DNA of 64,000 bases from an uncultured delta proteobacterium (GCA_963771175.1 CAVYSY010000040.1:160001-224000); one strand, 5' to 3'. Shown: positions 42,314 to 59,662, counted from the first letter of the stretch. Notes: a model not told the origin generated them from the sequence alone. Translations and numbers: made by a program.

Positions 42314-43327
42314 ATGGCTGCCGTCCTGCCCGTCCGAGCGATTCCCACCCTGGCCCAGCTTCCATTGGCCTTCGCGCGCCGAAGGGTGCTGCTGGTAGGG
42401 GATCTGGTCGCCGACCACTACATCTACGGTCAGACGGACCGGGTGAGCCGCGAGGCGCCGGTGCTGATCGTCCGTCACGAGTCCTCCGAGGTGAAGCTGG
42501 GAGGCGGGGCGAACGTGGCGGCGAACGTGCGAGCGCTGTCGGGGCAGGTGACGGCGGTGGGGGTGTTGGGCGCGGACGAGATGGGGCGTGCGCTGCGGAA
42601 GCTGTTCGACGAGGCGGGAATCCAGCTCAGCGCGGCGAGCGCCCGGGGCGTGGAGACGGAGACGAAGACGCGCATCCTGGCGGGCGGGGTGAACACGACG
42701 CGGCAGCAGATGTTGCGACTGGACCGGGGGCAGCGGGGTCCGTTGCCGCCGAAGCTGCGGCGCATGCTGGTGCGGCGGGTGGAGGAGGCGGCGAAGGACG
42801 CGGACGCGGTGGTGGTCTCGGACTACGGCGCGGGGGTGGTGGGGGAGGAGATGCTCGAGGCCCTGCGCAAGCTGGCGGCGGACGGGCTGCCGGTGTGCGT
42901 GGACAGCCGCTACGCGCTGTCGAGCTTCACCGGGGTGACGGTGTGCAAGCCCAACGAGCCGGAGCTGCAGGCGCTGGTAGGGCGGCCGTTGCGCACGGAG
43001 GCGGAGCTGGTGGAGGCGGGGCGCGAGATGGTGCGCCGCATGGAGTGCAAGGCGCTGCTGGTGACGCGGGGCCGGCACGGGATGGCGCTCTTCGATGCGG
43101 AGGGCGGGGTGGACATGATCCCGGTGCACGGCGCGAAGGAGGCGGTGGACGTAACGGGGGCGGGGGACACGGTGATCGCGGCGCTGTCGCTGGGGTTGGC
43201 GGCTGGGGGGAGCTTCGGGGACGCGGCGAGGCTGGCGAACGTGGCGGGCTCTCTGGCGGTGCGGAAGCTGGGGACGGCGACGGTGGCGAGGGACGAGCTG
43301 CTGGGCGAGCTGAGGGGTGCGCGGTGA
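42314..43327 (+). CDS. Heptose-7-phosphate kinase (HldE kinase half, PfkB family)
   Basis: RVSREAPV, GGGANVA, SDYG, KPNEPE, DVTGAGDT. Confidence 0.9.
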   Translation: MAAVLPVRAIPTLAQLPLAFARRRVLLVGDLVADHYIYGQTDRVSREAPVLIVRHESSEVKLGGGANVAANVRALSGQVTAVGVLGADEMGRALRKLFDEAGIQLSAASARGVETETKTRILAGGVNTTRQQMLRLDRGQRGPLPPKLRRMLVRRVEEAAKDADAVVVSDYGAGVVGEEMLEALRKLAADGLPVCVDSRYALSSFTGVTVCKPNEPELQALVGRPLRTEAELVEAGREMVRRMECKALLVTRGRHGMALFDAEGGVDMIPVHGAKEAVDVTGAGDTVIAALSLGLAAGGSFGDAARLANVAGSLAVRKLGTATVARDELLGELRGAR

Positions 43328-43818
43328 GTACGGTGAAGAAGGTGCAGCGGCTGGCGGAGGTAGTGGAGCAGCGCGAGCGCTGGAGGGCGGAGGGGAAGAC
43401 GGTGGCGCTGGCGAACGGGGTCTTCGATCTGATCCACGTAGGGCACGTGCGCTACCTGGAGGGGGCGAAGGAACTGGCGGACTGCCTGGTGGTGGCGGTG
43501 AACTCGGACGCGTCCACGAGGGCGTACAAGGGGCCGGGCCGGCCGCACATCCCCGAGGGCGAGCGAGCGGAGCTGGTGGCGGCGCTGGCGTGTACGGATC
43601 GGGTGCTGGTCTTCGACGAGCCGAACGTGCGGAGCATCATCCGGGCGTTGAAGCCGGACGTGCACGTGAAGGGGACGGACTACACGCCGGACTCGATTCC
43701 GGAGGCGGACGAGGTGCGAGCCTACGGAGGGCGGGTGGCGGTGGCGGGGGATCCGAAGAACCACAGCACGACGGAGCTCGCGCAGCGGCTGCAGTCGGAG
43801 CAGCGCGAGACGAAGTAG
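43324..43818 (+). CDS. Heptose-1-phosphate adenylyltransferase (HldE transferase half)
   Basis: NGVFDLIHVGHVRYL, NSDAS, KGPGRP, KGTDY, HSTT. Confidence 0.9.
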   Translation: MSTVKKVQRLAEVVEQRERWRAEGKTVALANGVFDLIHVGHVRYLEGAKELADCLVVAVNSDASTRAYKGPGRPHIPEGERAELVAALACTDRVLVFDEPNVRSIIRALKPDVHVKGTDYTPDSIPEADEVRAYGGRVAVAGDPKNHSTTELAQRLQSEQRETK

Positions 43819-43829
43819 GAGGCGCGCCC

Positions 43830-44006
43830 ATGCAGTTCCCCGAGTGGATGCTGTCGACGCTGGCGTGCCCCCGGTGCAAGGGGCCGCTCATCAACAATCC
43901 GCCCGAGCTGCACTGCCAGCACTGCCGTCTCGCGTACCCCATCCGAGACGGAGTCCCCGTGCTATTGCCCGGGGAAGCGCGCCCGCTGCCGACTTCAGCG
44001 AGCTGA
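43830..44006 (+). CDS. Trm112/YcaR-like small protein
   Basis: LACPRCKGPL..CQHCRLAYPIRDGVPVLL; GGAGG SD. Confidence 0.85.
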   Translation: MQFPEWMLSTLACPRCKGPLINNPPELHCQHCRLAYPIRDGVPVLLPGEARPLPTSAS

Positions 44007-45110
44007 AGCCCGAGCCGAGAGAGTCTCGGCGAAAGTGCGCACCTCCTCGAAGACACGAGCCTCGAGGTCCCCACCCGAGTCGACGATGGGAGTCAGGTCC
44101 ACCATGCGGTGGGGCGGGTAGTCATGCCCCCAGCGCTCCATGTCCATGCGGAGGAAGAGACCGAGGGTGGGGGCCCCGGTGGAGACGGACAGGTGCATGG
44201 GGCCGGTGTTGTTGCAGACGGTGAGCCCGGCGGCGCGCATGAGAGCGGCGAGCTCATCGATATTGGTGGGCGGAGCGAGCTGGGCGCCGGGAGCGGCGGC
44301 GACCACGGTCCGGGCGAGCTCCTCCTCGCCGGGGCCCCAGGTGACGATGGGCGTACGCCCGGATGCGATCAGGGCGCGAGCGGCGGCGGCGAAGGCCTCG
44401 GGAGGAATCCGACGCCAGCCGAGTCGACCGCCGGGGTTGATGACGGCGCGAGGGGTGTTGTCCCAGTCCTCGAGCCATTCGCGGAACTTCTCGCTGAGAT
44501 TGGGAGTGCGGAAGGACAGCTCTCCACGGGGAGCACCGTCCACGAGGGGAGAGAGCAGGTGGACACGCTGGAGCGCCTCGCGGGTCGTATCGGAGCGAGC
44601 GGGGACGGACAGCGAGTGGAGGTAGTGAACGGGCCACATGCACGGGCCGATGACGACGGAGCGAGGCCCGACCAGCCGGGAGATGAGGGCGGAGGTGACG
44701 GAGGGCGTGGACCAGTTGGAGCAGTCGACGACGACGTCATAGTGCTCGCGGCGCAGGGCGCGGATGCCGGGGGCGAGCGGTCCGAGCCACAGCAGGCGCC
44801 GGTCGAAGGGGATGATCCGATCGGCCTCGGGGTGCCCGGCGAGGACGCGGGCCACCTTGGAGTGGACGAGGACGTGGACCTCGGGGGGCTGCCGGGAGGC
44901 CTTGAGGGCGCTCAGCAGGGGGGTGGTGAGGAGGGCCTCGCCCACCCGGTTATCGATACGAACCAGGAGGACGCGCCGGGGGGAGGGGAGGGGCTCCCCC
45001 GCCTTCCGTCGCCGACCGGGGCGCCAGAGGAGGGCGGAGGCAACCAGGGCGAGTGCCAGCTTCGCCCACAACTCGAGCCGCTTGTGCCAGACCATCGGGG
45101 GGCGGACCAT
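43995..45110 (-). CDS. GT9 LPS heptosyltransferase-family protein
   Basis: RIDNRVGEALLTTPLL, INPGG, CNNTGPMHL, ERWG. Confidence 0.85.
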   Translation of the reverse strand: MVRPPMVWHKRLELWAKLALALVASALLWRPGRRRKAGEPLPSPRRVLLVRIDNRVGEALLTTPLLSALKASRQPPEVHVLVHSKVARVLAGHPEADRIIPFDRRLLWLGPLAPGIRALRREHYDVVVDCSNWSTPSVTSALISRLVGPRSVVIGPCMWPVHYLHSLSVPARSDTTREALQRVHLLSPLVDGAPRGELSFRTPNLSEKFREWLEDWDNTPRAVINPGGRLGWRRIPPEAFAAAARALIASGRTPIVTWGPGEEELARTVVAAAPGAQLAPPTNIDELAALMRAAGLTVCNNTGPMHLSVSTGAPTLGLFLRMDMERWGHDYPPHRMVDLTPIVDSGGDLEARVFEEVRTFAETLSARASAR

Positions 45111-45171
45111 AGCAGAGAGGATCCTCGCTGGTGACTTGACCTGTTGGCCGGAAGCGCCTACCAACCGGCCA

Positions 45172-46050
45172 ATGCTGAAGAGCATGACCGGGTTTGGAGC
45201 GGGACGCGCGCGGGTAGGGGACGAGGAGTTCTCCGTCGAGCTGCGCTCTCTCAACCATAAATTCTGCGAGGTAAAGGCCCGGCTCCCGAGGGAGCTGGCG
45301 GCGCTCGAGTCGACGGTGGTGAAGCAGGTGAAGGACCGGCTCGCCCGTGGCTCGGTGGAAATCTTCATCAAGCGGCAGACGGCGACGGCTGCCGGGACGG
45401 TGCCGGTGGTGGACGCGGCACTGGCGCGCGAGTACGCGCGGGCCTTCCGCGAGGTGGCCGAGGCGCTCGGGGTCCACGCCGAGGTGTCCTGGTCCCAGGT
45501 CGCGAGCCAGCCGGGCGTGATGCGGCTCGAGGAGCGGGGCATGGACGTGGAGTCCGCCACGAAGGCCGCGCAGGCGGCACTGGACCAGGCGCTCACCGCG
45601 CTGGAGCAGATGCGTCGGGTGGAGGGCGAGGCGCTCCAGGCCGATCTGGAGGCCCGACTCGGGCTCATCGAGCGCTGGAGCCGCGAGGTGGCCGAGCTGG
45701 CGCCACGGTCGGTGGAGGAGTACCGCCAGCGGCTGGCCGAGCGGGTAGCCGAGCTGGCGCGAGGCATCTCCGTGGACGAGCAACGACTCGCCCAGGAGGT
45801 GGCCGTTTTCGCCGAGCGGACGGACATCGCCGAGGAGATGACCCGGCTGGCGAGTCATCTCGAGCAGTTCCGTCAGCTCATGGCGGGGAGCGAGCCGGCG
45901 GGCCGCCGCATGGACTTCCTGGTGCAGGAGCTGCACCGCGAGGTGAACACCACGGGTTCCAAGAGCCAGCACGCGGAGATCTCCGCGCGAGTGGTGTCGA
46001 TGAAGGCAGAAGTCGAGCGCATCCGCGAACAGGTCCAGAACGTCGAATGA
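45172..46050 (+). CDS. yicC: YicC/YloC-family endoribonuclease
   Basis: SMTGFG, SLNHKF, DIAEEMTRL, GRRMDFLVQELHREVNT, REQVQNVE. Confidence 0.93.
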   Translation: MLKSMTGFGAGRARVGDEEFSVELRSLNHKFCEVKARLPRELAALESTVVKQVKDRLARGSVEIFIKRQTATAAGTVPVVDAALAREYARAFREVAEALGVHAEVSWSQVASQPGVMRLEERGMDVESATKAAQAALDQALTALEQMRRVEGEALQADLEARLGLIERWSREVAELAPRSVEEYRQRLAERVAELARGISVDEQRLAQEVAVFAERTDIAEEMTRLASHLEQFRQLMAGSEPAGRRMDFLVQELHREVNTTGSKSQHAEISARVVSMKAEVERIREQVQNVE

Positions 46051-46694
46051 ACGAGTCCACGCCCCTCCAGCCCGGCATCCTGCTCGTCCTCTCCGCACCC
46101 TCGGGGACGGGGAAGACCACCTTGGCGCGTCGCCTGCTCGCCGAGCTGCCAGACGCCGTCTTCTCCATCAGTGTCACCACCCGCAGGCCTCGAGGACGGG
46201 AGCAGGACGGGGTGGACTACCACTTCGTGGACGTCGACTCCTTCCAGGAGCGGATCAACCGCGGCGAGTTCGTCGAGTGGGCGGAGGTCCACGGCCACTT
46301 CTACGGCAGCTCCCAGGCGGTGGTGGACGAGGCCCGCGCCAAGCGGGGCGTGGCCATCTTCGACATCGATGTGCAGGGCGGGCAAGCCATCAAGCGCAAG
46401 CATCCCGATACGGTGCTCGCCTTTGTTCTGCCTCCCTCGATGGAGGAACTCGAGCGGCGCCTGCGCGAGCGCGGGACGGACGCGGAGGATACCATCCGCC
46501 GCCGCATGCTGGCGGCTCGCTCGGAGATCGAGCGAGGGATCGCCACGTACGACTACATCCTCGTGAATGACGACATCGAGCGCGCCTATCGGGATCTGCA
46601 CTCGGTGGTCATCGCCGAGCGCTGCCGGCGAGGGCGGGTGGATGTCTCGAACCTCCATCTGGAGAATCCCGGGACCCCGGAATCAGGGCGCTGA
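46047..46694 (+). CDS. gmk: Guanylate kinase
   Basis: SAPSGTGKTT, TTRRPR..E.DGVDYHF, DIDVQG. Confidence 0.95.
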   Translation: MNESTPLQPGILLVLSAPSGTGKTTLARRLLAELPDAVFSISVTTRRPRGREQDGVDYHFVDVDSFQERINRGEFVEWAEVHGHFYGSSQAVVDEARAKRGVAIFDIDVQGGQAIKRKHPDTVLAFVLPPSMEELERRLRERGTDAEDTIRRRMLAARSEIERGIATYDYILVNDDIERAYRDLHSVVIAERCRRGRVDVSNLHLENPGTPESGR

Positions 46695-47017
46695 CCTGCG
46701 GAATGGCCCGAGCTCCTGAGGCGGTTTTCTCCAATGCCGCCGAGTTCGGGAGCTGGTGGACCTGGCTGAACGGTGTCGCCGTTGCTGGCACCAGGAGTCC
46801 GGGTGGGGCGCACGGGATGGCACAGGGGAAACGGCTTGCGCCGCCTGAGTAGTTGGTGGATAAGCCGCCTCACCTCACTCGGCGCGGTGTCACACCGGTG
46901 ACACTTCAGCGAAGTGAGCCTTGTTCTTTTGAGCTTCAATAAGACCGAAGGCTGATGCCGCCGCGGCAGATGGTGCGGGCGGTGGTGGTCAGAACCGGAA
47001 GGGACGGGTCGAGGAGG

Positions 47018-47494
47018 TTGACAAGTCCCGAAGGCGGTCATAGATACTGGGAGTCTCGCCAGTGCGGCTGAAAAAAGCCGGTGGCGGGCGGAATCAACAG
47101 GCTCGAAGAGGTCGAGCGGTTGACTCCCAACGCGGCGGTGGTAGAAGCGCCGCCCCCTGAACGGGACAGCGAAGTCGCAACGGCGACGGGAGCTCCCGAG
47201 CAGGACTGAAAGACGAAATACGAAGTCAACGAGCGGAGTTGACACCTGACGCGGCGGTGGTAGAAGCGCCGCCCCTCGAAACGGCGAAAGTCGCACTGGC
47301 GACGGAGCTGAATCGGCGGAAAGAAAAGGGTCGACGAAGTCGGTTGACAGGGAAGGCGGAAACGAAGTAGGTTCCGCGCCCCCTCGAAAGAAGGAAACGA
47401 AGCGCCACGGCGCGATGTTGACTCCAAACGAGGCGAAGCGGTGAAAACGAAGCGGCAACGGCCGCTTGACAGAAAAGCCGCTTCGAAATAAAGA
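47018..47494 (+). promoter_or_regulatory. Tandem array of sigma70-type rrn promoter-like units
   Basis: TTGACA/TTGACT at 47018, 47120, 47239, 47344, 47418 and 47466, with TAGATA, TAGAAG, TAGAAG, TAGGTT, a weak -10 and TAAAGA 16-18 nt downstream. Confidence 0.7.
47115..47310 (+). repeat. Imperfect ~119-bp-period tandem duplication in the rrn leader
   Basis: ACGCGGCGGTGGTAGAAGCGCCGCCCC is identical in both copies, each followed by related GCGAA(A)GTCGCA..GGCGACGG(G)AGCT. Confidence 0.85.
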
Positions 47495-47570
47495 GTGCGA
47501 CCCCGAGGTTGAATGGGGTGCAGTCGAGAAGTCCAGAGTAGCAAAAAGTCGCGACAGCAACAAGCGGCTC

Positions 47571-47583
47571 GGTCTTTGAAAAC
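47571..47583 (+). promoter_or_regulatory. boxA-like antitermination element
   Basis: GGTCTTTGAAAAC before 16S; related GCTCTTTGAAAG (~49425) and GTTCTTTGACAA (~49712) in the spacer. Confidence 0.65.
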
Positions 47584-47743
47584 CAAATAGCAAGCCCAAG
47601 AAGACAGATTGCGGAAACCGCAGTCAATTCTAAACGGCACCTCAAGAGAGTCGGCGTGAGTCGATTCCGGGGTGCCCTGAACAGCGAAGTCGGGAGTTCC
47701 TTAGCCGGACCCTGGCGATGCCGGTTCTAAATTCTTCAAATTT

Positions 47744-49288
<1,545 letters not shown>

Positions 49289-49465
49289 CCGGGTACACGG
49301 CGAGCGCTTCGGCGCCGCAGGGTGTACCAGCAACCTTCGGGTTGCCTAGGTCGACCAGGTCAACGTTTCTGCAAACTGTCTGGGCTTGCTGTTTGGTTTT
49401 GAGGGACCGAGTCCAAGCGACTCGGCTCTTTGAAAGAGCAGTAGCTGTTTCGGGACTCTCCAACT

Positions 49466-49542
49466 GGGCCTATAGCTCAGCTGGCTAGAGCGCGCGCCTG
49501 ATAAGCGCGAGGTCGGTGGTTCAAGTCCACCTAGGCCCACCA
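49466..49542 (+). tRNA. tRNA-Ile(GAT)
   Basis: Cloverleaf GGGCCTA..TAGGCCC-ACCA, anticodon GAT. Confidence 0.98.
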
Positions 49543-49610
49543 GTTTCCCCGAGGGGAAGACTGGGTGACGCGACGACGGCCGGCAGGAGGACACCCCAAG
49601 ACGACTTTCC

Positions 49611-49683
49611 GGGGCTGTAGCTCAGCTGGGAGAGCGCTAGCTTTGCAAGCTAGATGTCGTCGGTTCGATCCCGATCAGCTCCA
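49611..49683 (+). tRNA. tRNA-Ala(TGC), CCA not encoded
   Basis: GGGGCTG..CAGCTCC-A with G3:U70, anticodon TGC. Confidence 0.97.
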
Positions 49684-49932
49684 CAAGTTTTCCAAACACT
49701 GGTTTGGAAGCGTTCTTTGACAAGTGCATACGAAGGGTAGAATTCAATTTCTGCTGAGAAGTTCTTTAATCACCCAGCGGAAGGTGAGCTGAGCCGAGAG
49801 GCCAGGCGCACTGGAAGCGGGTGACTCAAGCAAGAAGTCTTCTTTCGGGTCCGCGGCGAAGAGCTGGGGCCTGGACCTTGGTCTCGAGTGACAGAGTCCC
49901 GCCGGGAGGTGGGGCCATCGAGAGATTAAGGT

Positions 49933-52892
<2,960 letters not shown>

Positions 52893-53065
52893 ACCTCAAT
52901 CTCTCGCGGGCTCCGCCAGGTAAAACTGGTAGGGGACGAGGATTCGAGGCCAAGGTCGAGGCCCCGTGCGCGCTCCAACGAGAGCGGCGCCGGCCCGAAA
53001 GAAGGCACGAGCTTCTTTAGCAGGAATTGAAAATCTACCCTTTGTATGCACGAGTCACACAAGTT

Positions 53066-53181
<116 letters not shown>

Positions 53182-53189
53182 TTTTTTTT

Positions 53190-53237
53190 GAAGGCCCCGA
53201 GTCCTCATTCACGTGAGGATTCGGGGCCTTCGCCTTT
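53190..53237 (+). terminator. rrn operon terminator hairpin
   Basis: 18-bp stem GAAGGCCCCGAGTCCTCA / TGAGGATTCGGGGCCTTC (one G-U pair), 6-nt loop, short T run. Confidence 0.8.
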
Positions 53238-53575
53238 GCGGGCTCCGTGTGCCGGTCGCGGTGGGCCTGACTCCGCGTCGAGCTCTCCTCCGCGAGTCCT
53301 TCCTGCGCCCTCTCTCGGAGCCCGGCTGGCCTGGTGGGCGGCTCGAAAGGCGCAATCGCGTCGGCTCCCCGCGTGCCGGGTCTGCCTCATCCAAGCGTCA
53401 TTCCGCAGGAAGTCTGCGCTCTGGGTCCAAGTGGCTGGAACTCTTGGGGAATCCGGGACCCGGTGTGGTTTGACTCACTGTCCGTGCTCCGTCTAAAGTC
53501 CCGGTTTCGTCCGGTTCTCCACCCACGGCTCCTCCGGGGCGACGCTGGCCATCCGGGTGCGGGCGGATCCACGCA

Positions 53576-56393
<2,818 letters not shown>

Positions 56394-56500
56394 TCAGTCA
56401 CGCACGCATTCGTTGCCCTCTTTCCTATGTTGGGTAAAGAGGGACCCCCGACCCGGGAGCCGCATCCCGGGTCCTGGTTCCCATTAAAAGGTGGTTCGCC

Positions 56501-57874
56501 ATGACGACGACGCCCATCCGCGGAAAGCCCACCTCGGCCGGCCCCGCTCAGCAGCCTTTTTCCTATCCGCTCCGCCGTGAGTTCGTGGAGCCAGATTGGC
56601 GCCGCCTGCCCGGCTACAAGGACGTGACCCAGGCCGAGTGGGAGAGCTCCGTCTGGCAGCGCAAGCACACCGTCAAGAACCTCAAGGAGCTCAAGGCCGT
56701 CCTCGGCCACCTGCTCCCGGATGACCTCCTGGCCAGCCTGGAGCGCGACCAGCTCGAGCGCGCGACGATGTCCATCCTCGTCCCGCCCCAGATGCTCAAC
56801 ACCATGGACGAGACGGACCTGTGGAACGACCCGGTCCGCCGTTACATGCTCCCCGCCTTCGACGACCGGCACCCCGAGTGGACCAACCACCCCAAGGCCA
56901 GCCGCGACAGCCTCCATGAGGCGGACATGTGGGTGGTGGAGGGGCTCACCCACCGCTACCCCACCAAGGTGCTGGCGGAGATGCTCCCCACCTGCCCCCA
57001 GTACTGCGGCCACTGCACTCGCATGGACCTCGTGGGCAACGACGTCCCCCAGGTGCAGAAGCACCGCTTCAACGTCGGTCAGAAGGAGCGCTACGAGCAG
57101 ATGCTCGACTACCTGCGCCGGACGCCCACCGTCCGCGACGTGGTGGTCAGTGGCGGTGACATCGCCAACCTCCCCATCCAGGCCCTCGAGCCCTTCGTCA
57201 GCGCGCTGCTCGACATCCCCAACATCCGGGACATCCGTCTGGCCTCCAAGGGCCTCATGGCCATCCCCCAGCACTTCCTCCAGGACTCCGTCCTGCAGGG
57301 GCTGGAGCGTCTCGCCAAGAAGGCCAACGAGCGCGACGTGGACCTCGCCCTCCACACCCACGTCAACAACGCCCGTCAGCTCACCCCGCTCGTGGGCAAG
57401 GCCGTGCGCAAGCTGCTCGACATGGGCTTCCGCGACGTCCGCAACCAGGGCGTCCTGCTGCGCGGCGTGAACAGCACCCCCAAGGATCTCCTCGAGCTGT
57501 GCTTCACCCTGCTCGATCACGCCAAGATCCTGCCGTACTACTTCTACATGTGCGACATGATCCCCAACTCGGAGCACTGGCGGCTCTCCGTGGCCGAGGC
57601 CCAGCAGCTCCAGCACGACATCATGGGGTACATGCCCGGCTTCGCCACCCCGCGCATCGTCTGCGACGTGCCCTTCGTCGGGAAGCGGTGGATCCACCAG
57701 GTGTCCGAGTACGACCGCGAGCGCGGCATCTCGTTCTGGACCAAGAACTACCGCACCGGCATCGAGGGCAATGATCCCGACGCCCTCACCCGCAAGTACG
57801 AGTACTTCGACCCCATCTACACGCTGCCCGAGTCGGGCCAGCAGTGGTGGCGCGATCAGGCCAAGGCGGCGTAA
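56501..57874 (+). CDS. KamA-family radical SAM aminomutase (paralogue 1)
   Basis: LTHRYPTK, CPQYCGHCTR, SGGD, NQGVLLRGVN, YMCD, CDVPFVGK. Confidence 0.88.
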   Translation: MTTTPIRGKPTSAGPAQQPFSYPLRREFVEPDWRRLPGYKDVTQAEWESSVWQRKHTVKNLKELKAVLGHLLPDDLLASLERDQLERATMSILVPPQMLNTMDETDLWNDPVRRYMLPAFDDRHPEWTNHPKASRDSLHEADMWVVEGLTHRYPTKVLAEMLPTCPQYCGHCTRMDLVGNDVPQVQKHRFNVGQKERYEQMLDYLRRTPTVRDVVVSGGDIANLPIQALEPFVSALLDIPNIRDIRLASKGLMAIPQHFLQDSVLQGLERLAKKANERDVDLALHTHVNNARQLTPLVGKAVRKLLDMGFRDVRNQGVLLRGVNSTPKDLLELCFTLLDHAKILPYYFYMCDMIPNSEHWRLSVAEAQQLQHDIMGYMPGFATPRIVCDVPFVGKRWIHQVSEYDRERGISFWTKNYRTGIEGNDPDALTRKYEYFDPIYTLPESGQQWWRDQAKAA

Positions 57875-59085
57875 TGCTCCCCCCCAGGCCGCCCTCCAAG
57901 GGCGCTCCCGCGCGTCCGGCCTCCGAGGCCGGGCGCCGTTCCCTTTTTCCCGAGGCCACTGACGCCGAGTGGTCCGACTGGCGCTGGCACCAGCGCCATG
58001 CCGTGCGCAGCCTCGCGCAGCTCGAGCAGTACGTCCCCCTCACGCCCGACGAGCGCGCCGGCGTGCAGGAGACCTCCTCGCTGTTCCGCATCGGCATCAG
58101 CCCCTACTACCTGTCCCTCATCGACAGGGAACACCCGTTCTGCCCCATCCGCATGCAGTCCATCCCCGTGCGCGCCGAGGCTCGCATCCGGCCCGGGGAA
58201 CTCTCGGACCCGCTCGGTGAGGACAAGACCCGGCCCGAGGAGGCCATCGTCCACAAGTACCCGGACCGGGTGCTCTTCCTCGCGCTCGATACCTGCTCCG
58301 TCTACTGCCGCCACTGCACCCGCCGCCGCATCACCAAGGGCGGCGAGGCCGAGCTCACCAAGGAGCAGATGCGGCGCGGCATCGAGTACATCCGCAGCCA
58401 CCCCGAGGTGCGCGATGTCCTCATCTCCGGCGGCGATCCGTTCCTGCTCTCGGAGGAGCGGCTGGAGGCGCTGCTCGCGCCCCTGCATGAGATTCCCCAT
58501 GTGGAGATGGTGCGCATCGGCACCCGCGTCCCGGTGTGCCTGCCCATGCGCGTCACCGATTCGCTGGCGAGCCTCCTGCGGCGCTACGCCCCCGTCTACG
58601 TCGTCACCCACTTCAACCACCCGAAGGAAATCACTCCCGAGGCCCGCGAGGCCTGCGAGCGGCTCGTGGACCACGGCGTCCCCGTCGAGAACCAGGCCGT
58701 CCTCATGCGGCAGCTCAACTCGGATGCCCGCATCATCCAGGAACTCTCCCACGCCCTGCTGCGCATCCGCGTCCGCCCGTACTACCTCCACCAGATGGAC
58801 GTGGCCGAGGGCTGCGAGCACCTGCGCACCCCCATCTCCAAGGGCGTTGAGATCCTCCAGCAGCTCCGTGGCTTCACCACTGGCCTCGCCGTGCCCCACC
58901 TCGCCGTGGACCTGCCCGGCGGCGGGGGCAAGGTGACACTCCAGCCCGACTATGTCCTGGAGCGCGGCGAGCAGCAGACCGTCTTCCGCAACTACAAGGG
59001 CGAGCGCTACGTCTACCCCGAGCCCGAGGAGACCGACTGCTCCTGCCCCTACGATGGGGTCTGGCAGCAGCGACGCTGGGGGTAG
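57874..59085 (+). CDS. KamA-family lysine 2,3-aminomutase-like protein (paralogue 2)
   Basis: DPLGE, HKYPDR, CSVYCRHCTRRR, SGGDP, HFNHP, VDLPGGGGK; TAATG coupling to paralogue 1. Confidence 0.9.
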   Translation: MLPPRPPSKGAPARPASEAGRRSLFPEATDAEWSDWRWHQRHAVRSLAQLEQYVPLTPDERAGVQETSSLFRIGISPYYLSLIDREHPFCPIRMQSIPVRAEARIRPGELSDPLGEDKTRPEEAIVHKYPDRVLFLALDTCSVYCRHCTRRRITKGGEAELTKEQMRRGIEYIRSHPEVRDVLISGGDPFLLSEERLEALLAPLHEIPHVEMVRIGTRVPVCLPMRVTDSLASLLRRYAPVYVVTHFNHPKEITPEAREACERLVDHGVPVENQAVLMRQLNSDARIIQELSHALLRIRVRPYYLHQMDVAEGCEHLRTPISKGVEILQQLRGFTTGLAVPHLAVDLPGGGGKVTLQPDYVLERGEQQTVFRNYKGERYVYPEPEETDCSCPYDGVWQQRRWG

Positions 59086-59094
59086 GGGAGGGGC

Positions 59095-59589
59095 TCACTC
59101 CTCCTCGGACGGGACTTCCTCTTCCTGGGGAATCCCCACCTCCACCGAGGGCTGCGCGCCCTCCTGCTCCTCCAGCGTCACCGGGTTCTCGTCATCGAAG
59201 CCCTGCTGGACCTGGATCTCCCCAGGCTCCTGACTCTTCGCGGCCTCGGCGGCCTTCTTCTCCTCCAGCTCCTTCGCCGCCGCCTCCACCGCCGCGTTCT
59301 GCTTCGGCCCCATCCGGGCCGTCTGACGCGCGTAATCCTTCTCCGACACCCCGTGCTGGTCCCGGACCTCCTGGATGGCCTGCTGCTGCTCCTGGATGAC
59401 CTGCCGCCGCTCGGCGCTGTCCATCTCGGACGGCTTCCTGTTCCCGTGCGCGGCGTTCACGCGCTCCAGCGCGGTCTTCTCGTCACTGCGGATTCGCGCG
59501 ATCTGCTCGGGCGTGAGGTCCCCCGCGAGCGCGAGGCCCGGCGCGGCGAGCCAGGTCGACAGCAGCAGGACGGACAGACGGCGGGACAT
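59095..59589 (-). CDS. Exported hypothetical protein (helical, acidic tail)
   Basis: Signal peptide ending ALA-G; AGGAG SD. Confidence 0.7.
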   Translation of the reverse strand: MSRRLSVLLLSTWLAAPGLALAGDLTPEQIARIRSDEKTALERVNAAHGNRKPSEMDSAERRQVIQEQQQAIQEVRDQHGVSEKDYARQTARMGPKQNAAVEAAAKELEEKKAAEAAKSQEPGEIQVQQGFDDENPVTLEEQEGAQPSVEVGIPQEEEVPSEEE

Positions 59590-59662
59590 GGGGACTCCTG
59601 GGGTGGTGACTCCCATCGTATGGGAGGTCGGGGGGCGGTGGGTAATCCCTCGAGGTTCGCTC

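Noticed and set aside
42314..43818. Split HldE as a novelty or artefact
   Set aside because: Separate kinase and adenylyltransferase genes are well known, and the GTGA overlap is normal translational coupling.
47115..47400. rrn leader repeats as a CRISPR array
   Set aside because: There are only two close copies, the 'spacers' are related to each other, each unit carries -35/-10 motifs, and there are no cas genes.
49611..49686. tRNA-Ala lacking an encoded CCA
   Set aside because: This is common; CCA is added post-transcriptionally.
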